Shown here piece after piece: positions 8,899 through 16,921 of a DNA stretch of 32,000 nucleotides; within the stretch, counting starts at the first letter, position 1, and each line of letters begins with the position of its first letter. The position numbers and the translations under genes were made by a program. The stretch is taken from assembly GCF_900083515.1 (NCBI RefSeq), contig NZ_LT671858.1, positions 480,001-512,000 of the forward strand. Direction: 5' to 3'. The notes under the pieces are model-generated. The model was not told the origin of the DNA and did no database searches. It saw only the letters and a list, made by a program, of their open reading frames with translations. Origin of the DNA: Cuniculiplasma divulgatum (lineage in GTDB: Archaea > Thermoplasmatota > Thermoplasmata > Thermoplasmatales > Thermoplasmataceae).

Positions 8899-9270
8899 CT
8901 AATCATAAAATCCCTCTGGAGGTTTAATGGAATAGTGACCGCTATATCTTTTGAATTGTTTCTCTGTTTTTACGATCTGGGTAAAGACAACTAAAATCAT
9001 TATCATCAAAATTAAGAGATCTAAATAAGAGAACATTATTAAATGATACAATTGAAGTAAACTGTAAACAAATACCAGTTGCCAAGCATCAAAGAAAATC
9101 AAAAAAATTTGTGGCCTGGTATATCCTAAAAACACTCTTTTTTTATTAAATGCTTCCATTTTTTTCTTACTTTTAGAGCTACTATAATAGGCATAAGCAA
9201 ACAAAGCATAAGTAAATATTTCAACCATAATGAAAACTTGAAAGGAAAATGAATCAGCAATAATAATCAA
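8899..9270 (-). CDS. small 3-TM membrane protein, uncharacterised (paralogue B of cassette)
   Basis: 123-codon ORF (TTG at 9270; first ATG at 9228) in very AT-rich DNA, where long open frames are unlikely by chance. Three hydrophobic helices. The C-terminal tail QIVKTEKQFKRYSGHYSIKPPEGFYD is shared with the upstream ORF. No family recognised. Confidence 0.55.
   Translation of the reverse strand: MIIIADSFSFQVFIMVEIFTYALFAYAYYSSSKSKKKMEAFNKKRVFLGYTRPQIFLIFFDAWQLVFVYSLLQLYHLIMFSYLDLLILMIMILVVFTQIVKTEKQFKRYSGHYSIKPPEGFYD
8905..8979. repeat. 75-bp perfect direct repeat, copy 1 (3' end of ORF 8899..9270)
   Basis: ATAAAATCCCTCTGGAGGTTTAATGGAATAGTGACCGCTATATCTTTTGAATTGTTTCTCTGTTTTTACGATCTG is identical to nt 9270-9344. 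Identity drops sharply at 8980 versus 9345. Confidence 0.95.
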
Positions 9271-9623
9271 TAAAATCCCTCTGGAGGTTTAATGGAATAG
9301 TGACCGCTATATCTTTTGAATTGTTTCTCTGTTTTTACGATCTGCCTAATAAGATTTAAAATCAGGATTATTAGAATGAATAGGACAAAATAGTCATATA
9401 CTGCGAGATGAAGTAATTGTAACATATGGTACAACGCTATAATTGGGATCCCAATGATTATCCATTTAGCTACATCAAATATACTAAAACAAAATATCCT
9501 TACTTTTAAGAGTTTTTTATCTAGATCCTTAATATTTTTATGTTTTAACCAAACGAGAAGCGATGTCCATGCAAAAAAATTGATTGGTAAAAGGATGATA
9601 TCATAATTTATCATTGTAATCAC
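9267..9623 (-). CDS. small 3-TM membrane protein, uncharacterised (paralogue A of cassette)
   Basis: 118-codon ORF (GTG at 9623 overlapping the upstream TGA; ATG at 9614). Three hydrophobic helices. Same C-terminal tail, with weaker similarity in the last TM helix (YHMLQLLHLAVYDYFVLFILIILIL versus YSLLQLYHLIMFSYLDLLILMIMIL). Confidence 0.55.
   Translation of the reverse strand: MITMINYDIILLPINFFAWTSLLVWLKHKNIKDLDKKLLKVRIFCFSIFDVAKWIIIGIPIIALYHMLQLLHLAVYDYFVLFILIILILNLIRQIVKTEKQFKRYSGHYSIKPPEGFY
9270..9344. repeat. 75-bp perfect direct repeat, copy 2 (3' end of ORF 9267..9623)
   Basis: Identical to nt 8905-8979, with a 365-bp repeat period. Encodes the shared tail QIVKTEKQFKRYSGHYSIKPPEGFY. 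Confidence 0.95.
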
Positions 9624-9931
9624 CCAAACAACAGATACGCTGGACTGGTAAAAGAACCAGAATAGGTTTCTCTTTCTTCACATACATTTCCTGTCAATGT
9701 TGTATTAATCAGCACAAAGTTTTCTCCATAGGTGAAATGATCCATAGTCGACGGATCATTATATCCTACTGACAAATTAAACCTTTCGCTAAACATACTT
9801 GAGGGTTGATAGCATCCATAATAGAAATAAGGATCTGGTATATTACATTGTAAAATATTGCCGTATGTGAGAGGAAAATAACTGTTATTTCGATTAAGCT
9901 TTTTCTTGCCTCTATCTATCTTGAATTTCAC
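9620..9931 (-). CDS. small soluble hypothetical protein (first ORF of cassette)
   Basis: 103-codon ORF beginning with GTG; the first in-frame ATG is only at codon 46. Basic N-terminus (KFKIDRGKKKLNR), Tyr/Gly/Pro/Asn-rich, 3 Cys, no hydrophobic segment. Its stop overlaps the next ORF's start. AT-rich TATA-like strings at 9943-9966 lie upstream. The start codon and coding status are uncertain. Confidence 0.35.
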   Translation of the reverse strand: MKFKIDRGKKKLNRNNSYFPLTYGNILQCNIPDPYFYYGCYQPSSMFSERFNLSVGYNDPSTMDHFTYGENFVLINTTLTGNVCEERETYSGSFTSPAYLLFG

Positions 9932-9985
9932 TTCTATTAAAAAATATAAATCTTAATTTTATTAAAATTTTAGGGTAATTCTAAT

Positions 9986-10618
9986 TGTGTTGCATAAACC
10001 ATTCAATAATTTTTCCTGAAAATATAATGGGTGTTGTTTGTGAAATTCAACAAACCAAATGATCATGGAAAAGATATGGTCACTGTAAAATAATTACGTG
10101 TAAAAAGCATGAGGGGAATTATTCACATTAACTGTATTGAGGATCACATATATGATCTGAAGAAATATAAAATGGAAAGAGGAACGGAAGACCGTTCGTA
10201 ATTCCCTACAGTTACGTTGAATTCATTGAAGAATCAGATCAGTGTTCAATGCATTATTCAGGTCACTGGAATCATATCTGAGAGTATTTGTATAGGGCAG
10301 AGATTCCAGAAATATATTCAATCTTTTGAGGAATAGTGGAATCGGTGCCATTATTCCACTCAGGAAGAATCTCAACACGCTGTCAAGGTTCCCCAACCTG
10401 AGGAAGAACGGCAAGGAAGATCAGGAAACCTGGATTAGAGGAACGAAAGTGTTTCCAGGAGTATAAGAAGAGATGGACAGTTGAAATATATCTCCCAAAT
10501 CTCAAGAGAGTCATGGGAGAGATCATCAAAGTAAGAATACAGATTACAAAATTCAGGAAATTGACCGAAGGAGCTCTGTTATAACATTATGAAGGATGAT
10601 AGATTGTTATGCAACACA
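9986..10618 (+). mobile_element. internally deleted, frameshifted IS4/IS5-type insertion sequence remnant
   Basis: Perfect 12-bp terminal inverted repeats: TGTGTTGCATAA (9986-9997) and TTATGCAACACA (10607-10618). Between them are only fragments of a DDE transposase in different frames: GRPFVIPYSYVEFIE, FRSLESYLRVF, AIIPLRKN, and a C-terminal piece with the Y(2)R(3)E(6)K signature. At ~630 bp it is too short for an intact IS. Confidence 0.6.
10402..10584 (+). pseudogene. C-terminal fragment of IS4/IS5-family DDE transposase
   Basis: The frame-1 segment ...QEYKKRWTVEIYLPNLKRVMGEIIKV... ends at TAA 10582-10584. YKKR-WTVE-IYLPNLK fits the Y-x2-R-x3-E-x6-K motif of IS4/IS5 transposases. An in-frame stop immediately upstream (10399-10401) shows truncation. 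Confidence 0.6.
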
Positions 10619-10766
10619 GTTGTGGAATTCCAGAAGTCTTTAATGAGAATACTCGTTAAATATTAAGATCCTAATAGAATGTAATAAAATTTGGATAGTA
10701 ATAGAATGAAAGAAGTGGATTGGAATTGATGGATATTTTTTTAAGCTGGATATGCATATTTAGCTG

Positions 10767-13145
10767 ATGAAAATAAGTCTTAGAATAATTTCATCCTCAT
10801 ACAGAACTTCAGATACTGTTTTGGAGATATTTGGGAGGACAATCGACGGAACATCAGTAACGGTCCTGTGTGGTGGTTTCGATCCATATTTTGATGTTAT
10901 AGAGCCAAATGAGCAGGAGATAGAAGGAATCAAGAAGAATCAAGAATTCAAGAGAATGGAGAACCTTGAACTATGGGTCAAGGGAGAGACAAGAAAAGCA
11001 ATAAGAATTTATGTTAATCATCCATATAAAGTGCCAGAACTGCGCTCCCTTTTTGTTTCCACAGTAATGGCTGCAGATATACCTTTTCACCACAGATTCA
11101 TCTACGATCTTGACCTTGGGGCCTGTATTGAGGTAGAAGGTGAGGAAGTCATTGACAGAAATAGATATCATACCGATATGGTTTTAAAAGCCGATATTAA
11201 AGGCATAAGAACAACTGATGATTTCACACCTGATGTAAGGGTACTTAGCTTTGACATAGAGAATGCATTTCCACCAGATGAAGGTGACACTTATGGAAAG
11301 ATCATAGTAATAGGCTACTCTATAAGAAGCAAAAAGGGTATAGAAACAGAGAAAGGTGCCATTACGGGAGAAGAGAAGGAAATTCTTTCAAATTTTAATA
11401 AGCTTATTCTGGAAAAGGACCCTGATATTATTATAGGATACAACATAGATGGGTACGATCTACCTGTAATTGAATACAGGATGGAACGGTACAGACTCAC
11501 ACTTGATATAGGACGGGACGGATCAAAGGCAAGGAGGATGAACGGCCAGTTCTGGAGGGTAAAGGGAAGGATAATAAGTGACGTATGGTGGAACGTAAAG
11601 AAGATCCTGAAACCAAAACATGAAACTCTTAATTATGTTGCAATGGAACTCCTGAACGAAGGAAAGGATGATGTTGACAGGCTTAACATTATGGAAGAAT
11701 ACAAGAACAGACCTAAGGAAGTCATTGACTATTGTATTAAGGATGCAGATCTAACACTGAGGATCATGGAAAAGATGCGGGTTGTTGATAGAAATATGTT
11801 CATGTCTACTGTTACCAAACTTCCACTGGAGGATACAACAAATGGCGGAACAAGTAATTATGTGGATTCTTTGCTCATAAGACTGGCAACGCAAAGGAAT
11901 ATTGCAGTTCCAATGACAGCAAGTCAGGCGCTCAAGGACAGGGCAATAGAAGGCGGCCATGTGGAGTCAATAGGAGCAGGACTGTATGATATGGTGATAG
12001 TACTGGACTTCAAAAGCATGTATCCATCCATAATTATGAAATACAATATATGTTTCACCACATTAAGTGAAAAAGGAACTATTATTTCGCCTACAGGGGC
12101 AAGATTTCTGGATCCATCTGTGAGGAAAGGACTAATTCCTGAATTATTGCAGACTCTAATGGCAAGAAGGGATCAGGTAAAAAAGCAGATGAAGCAGGCC
12201 ACGGGAGACGAAAAGGACTATTTAGACGGAGTGCAGAATGCCATTAAAATTCTAATGAACACCTTTTATGGTGTCCTCGCTTCTTCATTTTACAGATTCA
12301 CAAATCCAGAACTTGGTAGCTCGGTTACTTCCTTTGCAAGAAATACGATCATGGGTCTCATTGATAAACTCAAGAAAAAGGATCTAAAGGTGATATACGG
12401 TGATACAGATAGCGTTTTCATTGAGTCAGGAAAGAAGGAGCTGACTGATGCGATAAAAATGGGAAATGATCTGAGCAAAGAAATTTCTGACGATTTGCAC
12501 ATTCTGATCGAGTTCGAAAAAATTATGGATCCTTTCTTTTCACATGGAGCGAAGAAGAGATACGTGGGGAAGATAGTCTATCCTATGGATAGTGCTGGAG
12601 AAATGCTTGTGAGAGGATACGAGGTTAGGAGAACTGACTCCTTTGATATGCAGAGTGAACTGCTTGAATCGGTGTTTGATTCATTGATGAAAAAAGATGT
12701 ATCAGGGGCAAGAAAAAATGCAGTAGACGTTATAGAAAGAATGATCAGTGGGGATAGGAGCATAGATATATCTAAACTGGTTATCTCAAGGTCGGTTAAG
12801 GATTCAGCATCCTATGCAAACGCTGATTCCATGGCAAATGTGAGAGCCGCAAGAAAACTGCAGGAAAGAGGTGAAAGGTTCATACCTGGAATGAAGGTTT
12901 CCTGGATAGTTACCAATAGCAGGGTAACACCACAGGAAGTGGAACCATATATTGATGGAGAGAAATTTGAGGACGAACCTGACTGGCTTTATTACGCAAA
13001 AAGGGTTGAGGAAACTGTAAACAGAGTGTTTGAGAGTCTCGATGAGCCCATACACCTGGTGGAGCAGGGTTCCAAATCTGGGAAAAGGCAACAGGCTGTG
13101 CATAACAGCAAGAATACAACACTTGATAGTTTCATGGAGGGATAG
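10767..13145 (+). CDS. polB: family B DNA polymerase
   Basis: 792 aa. Exo I is FDIEN, Exo II is GYNIDGYDLPVI, Exo III is YCIKDADL. Pol motif A is LDFKSMYPSII, motif B is KILMNTFYG, motif C is YGDTDS. No intein-sized insertion. Confidence 0.95.
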   Translation: MKISLRIISSSYRTSDTVLEIFGRTIDGTSVTVLCGGFDPYFDVIEPNEQEIEGIKKNQEFKRMENLELWVKGETRKAIRIYVNHPYKVPELRSLFVSTVMAADIPFHHRFIYDLDLGACIEVEGEEVIDRNRYHTDMVLKADIKGIRTTDDFTPDVRVLSFDIENAFPPDEGDTYGKIIVIGYSIRSKKGIETEKGAITGEEKEILSNFNKLILEKDPDIIIGYNIDGYDLPVIEYRMERYRLTLDIGRDGSKARRMNGQFWRVKGRIISDVWWNVKKILKPKHETLNYVAMELLNEGKDDVDRLNIMEEYKNRPKEVIDYCIKDADLTLRIMEKMRVVDRNMFMSTVTKLPLEDTTNGGTSNYVDSLLIRLATQRNIAVPMTASQALKDRAIEGGHVESIGAGLYDMVIVLDFKSMYPSIIMKYNICFTTLSEKGTIISPTGARFLDPSVRKGLIPELLQTLMARRDQVKKQMKQATGDEKDYLDGVQNAIKILMNTFYGVLASSFYRFTNPELGSSVTSFARNTIMGLIDKLKKKDLKVIYGDTDSVFIESGKKELTDAIKMGNDLSKEISDDLHILIEFEKIMDPFFSHGAKKRYVGKIVYPMDSAGEMLVRGYEVRRTDSFDMQSELLESVFDSLMKKDVSGARKNAVDVIERMISGDRSIDISKLVISRSVKDSASYANADSMANVRAARKLQERGERFIPGMKVSWIVTNSRVTPQEVEPYIDGEKFEDEPDWLYYAKRVEETVNRVFESLDEPIHLVEQGSKSGKRQQAVHNSKNTTLDSFMEG

Positions 13146-13146
13146 A

Positions 13147-14307
13147 TTGTTTGATTTTGTTGTCATTGGGGGAGGACCCAGTGGCTCATATTGCACTCAA
13201 AGGCTGGCGAAAAGAGGGTTTAAGGTAGCACAGCTTGAGGAGCATCAGTCCATCGGAAAGCCTGTTGAATGCACTGGTCTTGTTTCAAGAAGAGTGACTT
13301 CAATGGTAAAGACGGATTCAGTGGTAAACAAAGTCCATGGTGCAAACATATACTTTCCAGATGGCAACCACATAAGAATTGGAAAGGAAGAGGAAACCAT
13401 GGTGCTGGAAAGGGATCGTTTTGATCAGGATGCTGCTGCAATGTCCATAGGGAATGGTGCAGAGCTAATGTTAAATGCAAGGGTAAAGGACATAAGGAGA
13501 CAGGATAGGAAAATGAAGATCACCATGAGGAGAGATGGAAACATAGAAGAAGTTGAGGCTCTTGCAGTTGTAGGAGCAGACGGGGCAAACAGTATCACAA
13601 GAAAGGTACTGTTCCCTGATCAAAGGTTCAGGAGGATTGTTTCCGCGTATCAGATCGATGGTGCTGATAGGATGGAAGATCAGGATAATGTAAACGTCTT
13701 TCTTGGTAATAAATTCAGCAATGGCTATTTTGCATGGGGTACTCCGGCTGGAGACTTCTCTCGCATTGGAACTGCTGGATTTGGATTAACAAGAGAAAAA
13801 TTCAATTACCTTTACAAAAGGTATCTAAATCCAAATAAAATATCAATAACCGGCGGCCCTATTCCCATAAGTTTCCTCAGAAGACCATATGGTGATGGTG
13901 CATTGTTAGTTGGAGATGCAGCAGGTATAGTGAAACCACTCAGCGGCGGTGGAATCTATACTGGAATGGTCTCAGGAGAAAAGGCTGCAATAACAATGGA
14001 ACGGGCATATGAAAAGGAGGATTTTTCAGAAGGAACACTTTCCCTATACAACAAACTGTGGAAAAAAGAATTAGGTGCAGAACTTAAGAGAGATTTCCGG
14101 ATACAGAAACTATACTCAAGGATCACTGACACCTCATTTAACATCATAGGCAGAAAGATAACCACTGAGAGAATGACACATTTAATCAATACCATAGGGG
14201 ATATTGATTATCCCTCAAGAGTTGTTCTTAAAATGCTCATCAGGAATCCATCCATAGTTAGAAACGTATTATTTCCAAGGAAAGAAAAGAATGCAGAACG
14301 AAACTAA
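13147..14307 (+). CDS. geranylgeranyl reductase family flavoprotein (digeranylgeranylglycerophospholipid reductase-like)
   Basis: FAD-binding FDFVVIGGGPSGSYCTQRLAKRGFKVAQLEE at the N-terminus and GDAAGIVKPLSGGGI later. The ORF track extends to TTG 13030, inside polB. TTG at 13147, 1 nt after the polB stop, gives the canonical N-terminus (M)FDFVVIGGGPSG and is my preferred start. Confidence 0.85.
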   Translation: MFDFVVIGGGPSGSYCTQRLAKRGFKVAQLEEHQSIGKPVECTGLVSRRVTSMVKTDSVVNKVHGANIYFPDGNHIRIGKEEETMVLERDRFDQDAAAMSIGNGAELMLNARVKDIRRQDRKMKITMRRDGNIEEVEALAVVGADGANSITRKVLFPDQRFRRIVSAYQIDGADRMEDQDNVNVFLGNKFSNGYFAWGTPAGDFSRIGTAGFGLTREKFNYLYKRYLNPNKISITGGPIPISFLRRPYGDGALLVGDAAGIVKPLSGGGIYTGMVSGEKAAITMERAYEKEDFSEGTLSLYNKLWKKELGAELKRDFRIQKLYSRITDTSFNIIGRKITTERMTHLINTIGDIDYPSRVVLKMLIRNPSIVRNVLFPRKEKNAERN

Positions 14308-15133
14308 GTACTCATTTTTAATCATAATAGCAACTCTTTCGTGGGGAATCACATTTCCACTGATCAAGATATCACTGGAATACATGTCTCCTGTAATATT
14401 TCTTGCCATTAGGTTTTTGATATCAACAATTGTGATGATTCCATTCATAAAAAACAGGAGTGATCTCACAGGATTGAGGCAGGGATTTATTGCCGGATTC
14501 TTTCTGTTTCTTGGATATTACTTCCAGACCATAGGACTATATTTCACGACACCAGCTATTTCGGGATTTGTTACCGGCCTTTACATAGTACTTGTTCCAG
14601 TAATTGCATACCTTATTTTTCGCCAGAGAATTTCAAAAAGTGATCTATCGGCGGTAACTCTTGCATTTGTTGGTCTTTTGATTATTACAGTGGGAGAGGT
14701 AAGTAACTTTTCACTTCAGCTAGGAGATCTTCTTACTTTCATATGTGCCGTTGGATACGCAATGCAGATAATCTATGTTTCAAGGAATAATAAGCTGGAT
14801 ATGGTGAAATTTACCTTTTTTCAAATGGCAGCAGTTTCACTTTATTCAACCATAGCAATACCTACCTTTAAGATATATTTCAACTTTTCATCTCCAATTC
14901 TCATCTTTACTATCGCTTTCACTGCAATTTTTGCAGGGGTTGTGGCATATTTTATAACCAACAAGGCACTGGTTTACGTGAAGCCTGAAAAGGCAAGCAT
15001 AATAATGGTTTCAGAACCAGTGTTTGCTGCAATTTTCTCAGTCATACTTACAGGAATACCACTTTCCTATTACACTATTGGAGGGGGAGCTCTGATGGTT
15101 ATCGCAATGTTAATGACAATAGTGCTTGTATGA
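14291..15133 (+). CDS. EamA/DMT-superfamily transporter
   Basis: 280 aa, ~10 hydrophobic helices arranged as two similar halves (EamA repeat architecture). Overlaps the 3' end of the reductase gene by 17 nt. Confidence 0.75.
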   Translation: MQNETKYSFLIIIATLSWGITFPLIKISLEYMSPVIFLAIRFLISTIVMIPFIKNRSDLTGLRQGFIAGFFLFLGYYFQTIGLYFTTPAISGFVTGLYIVLVPVIAYLIFRQRISKSDLSAVTLAFVGLLIITVGEVSNFSLQLGDLLTFICAVGYAMQIIYVSRNNKLDMVKFTFFQMAAVSLYSTIAIPTFKIYFNFSSPILIFTIAFTAIFAGVVAYFITNKALVYVKPEKASIIMVSEPVFAAIFSVILTGIPLSYYTIGGGALMVIAMLMTIVLV

Positions 15134-15289
15134 ACTCCATCCCTAAGTATATATTATATTGGTGAAAACTTAATAACTATCTAAGAAACTTGGAATCAAT
15201 TAAATAATCATTATTAATACACACTAACGGCAACTTCACCTTACGCTTTTAATATAAAAAATCTTGATAGAAGGATATGGATCCTAAGT

Positions 15290-16483
15290 ATGACAAGGTT
15301 CATTCGTGCCTTTGGAAGGGGTTCAACTTTCATTTTCCTACCTTTAATCTTCATAATAGTTTATCACATAAGTTTTATAATTACCGGTCTTTTTCTGGGT
15401 TCTGCCACACTTCTAATGGCTTTTGTCCAGTATTACTCTGGGATACTGACAGACAGGATCGGTAGAAGAACAATTCTTGTATATTCCCAAATACCAGCAG
15501 TGGTTTTCTATCTGCTGATCTATTATACGGTTGCAAATCCGTATTATTTTGTTCTCCTGCTTGGATCATGGTACGGAACAATAATAATAAACTCAATACA
15601 GTACCCGGCAGTACAGGCTTCTGTAGCAGATATAACATCGGTAAGAGACAGACTTTCAGGTTACACGATAATGAGGATAATGGCTAATCTCGGTATTGCC
15701 ATAGGGCCACTGCTTGGGGCATATCTAGCATACTTTGGACTCCAATACATATTCCTGGTATCCAGCGCTGTTACCGTGGTGGAAATTTTCATGCTTTATT
15801 TCCTAATGAGGGAAACCTATGTTCCATCAGATCACATTCAGGTAATGAAAGGGGAGTTGAGCAGGACATATATGAAGGATAGATTTTTCGTCGTTTTCAT
15901 AATTATAGGGGTACTTCTACAGATTTTCATGAGACAAAGAGGATCAACATTTACAGTTTATACAATCGTATTGCAGAATCTTCCTTATATGTATCTTGGA
16001 TATATATGGGCGCTCAATGGAATACTTGTGGTGGCTCTTCAGTTTCCATTACTGAGGCTTATGACGAAGGTTGGAAATCCAATGATGTGGAGAGGCGTCG
16101 GAACACTTTTTTATGCTATCTCTTTCCTCGTTCTTACAGATTCAACTGCATTTCTAATACTGGCACTCTTTATGACCATATCAACCTTTGGTGAGGATCT
16201 ACTTTCCCCAACCACCCAGAGTATTATCACCACTCTTGCACCAGATAATATGAGGGGCTCCTATGTTGGCGTTTACAACTTATATTCAAGTTTTGGAGGG
16301 TTTGCAGGTGCAATTATCGGACTATATCTTCTGTTTGTTTTACAGAGTGTTTCAAGCACATACTGGTTCTACATTGCTATAGGTACTGTGGTGGTCGCGG
16401 TTATGTATATGTTCATAAGTGGTATGTTCTCCCGTAGAATGAAGGAAATGGAGGAAACCGTAATTTCAAGCAATGTCGGATGA
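15290..16483 (+). CDS. MFS transporter
   Basis: 397 aa, ~12 TM segments. MFS motif A reads GILTDRIGRRTILV. A TATA-like TTTTAATATAAAAA lies ~35 nt upstream. Confidence 0.8.
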   Translation: MTRFIRAFGRGSTFIFLPLIFIIVYHISFIITGLFLGSATLLMAFVQYYSGILTDRIGRRTILVYSQIPAVVFYLLIYYTVANPYYFVLLLGSWYGTIIINSIQYPAVQASVADITSVRDRLSGYTIMRIMANLGIAIGPLLGAYLAYFGLQYIFLVSSAVTVVEIFMLYFLMRETYVPSDHIQVMKGELSRTYMKDRFFVVFIIIGVLLQIFMRQRGSTFTVYTIVLQNLPYMYLGYIWALNGILVVALQFPLLRLMTKVGNPMMWRGVGTLFYAISFLVLTDSTAFLILALFMTISTFGEDLLSPTTQSIITTLAPDNMRGSYVGVYNLYSSFGGFAGAIIGLYLLFVLQSVSSTYWFYIAIGTVVVAVMYMFISGMFSRRMKEMEETVISSNVG

Positions 16484-16539
16484 GAATGTGAAGGAATATT
16501 AATAAACCTGTATCATCCTACCATAATGGGAAAAGTATC

Positions 16540-16893
16540 ATGATAATTTTGAAAAGGGTCTATGATCTTGAGGATGGAGACATTGGGACAAGAATTCTGG
16601 TTGAAAGATTGTGGCCAAGAGGCATGAAAAAAGATTCCCTTAAATTGTTCTGGTGGGCAAAAGATATTGCTCCTTCCACGGAACTTAGAAAATGGTTCAA
16701 TCACGAGGATCAAAAGTATGCTGAGTTTAGGGAAAGATATATGGAGGAGCTAAGGCATAACAAAGACATCCAAAAACTTGCAGAGATATGTAACAAAGGA
16801 GATGTTATTTTCCTGTACAGTGCAAGTAATGAAAAGCACAACAGTGCTGTAGTACTTAAAGAATTTATTGAAAAAAATAGCCATAACTATTAA
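16540..16893 (+). CDS. DUF488 (YeaO-like) family protein
   Basis: 117 aa. RILVERLWPRGMKKDSLKLFWWAKDIAPSTELRKWFNH...F..RY..EL matches the DUF488/YeaO pattern as I remember it. Confidence 0.7.
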   Translation: MIILKRVYDLEDGDIGTRILVERLWPRGMKKDSLKLFWWAKDIAPSTELRKWFNHEDQKYAEFRERYMEELRHNKDIQKLAEICNKGDVIFLYSASNEKHNSAVVLKEFIEKNSHNY

Positions 16894-16921
16894 AATTCTT
16901 AAAAAGTGATAGCACAAACTC

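Noticed and set aside
8905-9344. Possibility that the 75-bp repeats are a CRISPR array or att sites
   Set aside because: There are only two copies, 290 bp apart, and both lie inside coding frames encoding the same peptide tail. There is no repeat-spacer periodicity and there are no cas genes.
10223-10414. 63-aa minus-strand ORF inside the IS remnant
   Set aside because: It lies antisense to the recognisable transposase fragments. It is most likely a chance ORF in decayed sequence.
10672-10708. 10-nt direct repeat TAATAGAATG (10672-10681 and 10699-10708) upstream of polB, as a possible origin-recognition-box or replication-origin feature
   Set aside because: The repeat is short and AT-rich, with no G-string mini-ORB element, no orc1/cdc6 nearby and no extended AT-rich unwinding element flanked by inverted ORBs. 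Chance or promoter-proximal sequence is more likely.
10767-13145. Possible intein or split in the family B polymerase
   Set aside because: All exo and pol motifs are contiguous at normal spacing in a 792-aa protein, and no Cys/Ser...HN splice junction blocks were seen.
12804-13196. 130-aa minus-strand ORF (and 12910..13122) across the polB/reductase junction
   Set aside because: It lies entirely antisense to well-supported genes, with a low-complexity, Cys/His/Pro-rich shadow-ORF composition. No independent signals.
15277-15465. 62-aa plus-strand ORF overlapping the start of the second MFS gene
   Set aside because: It is an alternative frame of the same region. The 397-aa MFS frame has the motif and TM support.
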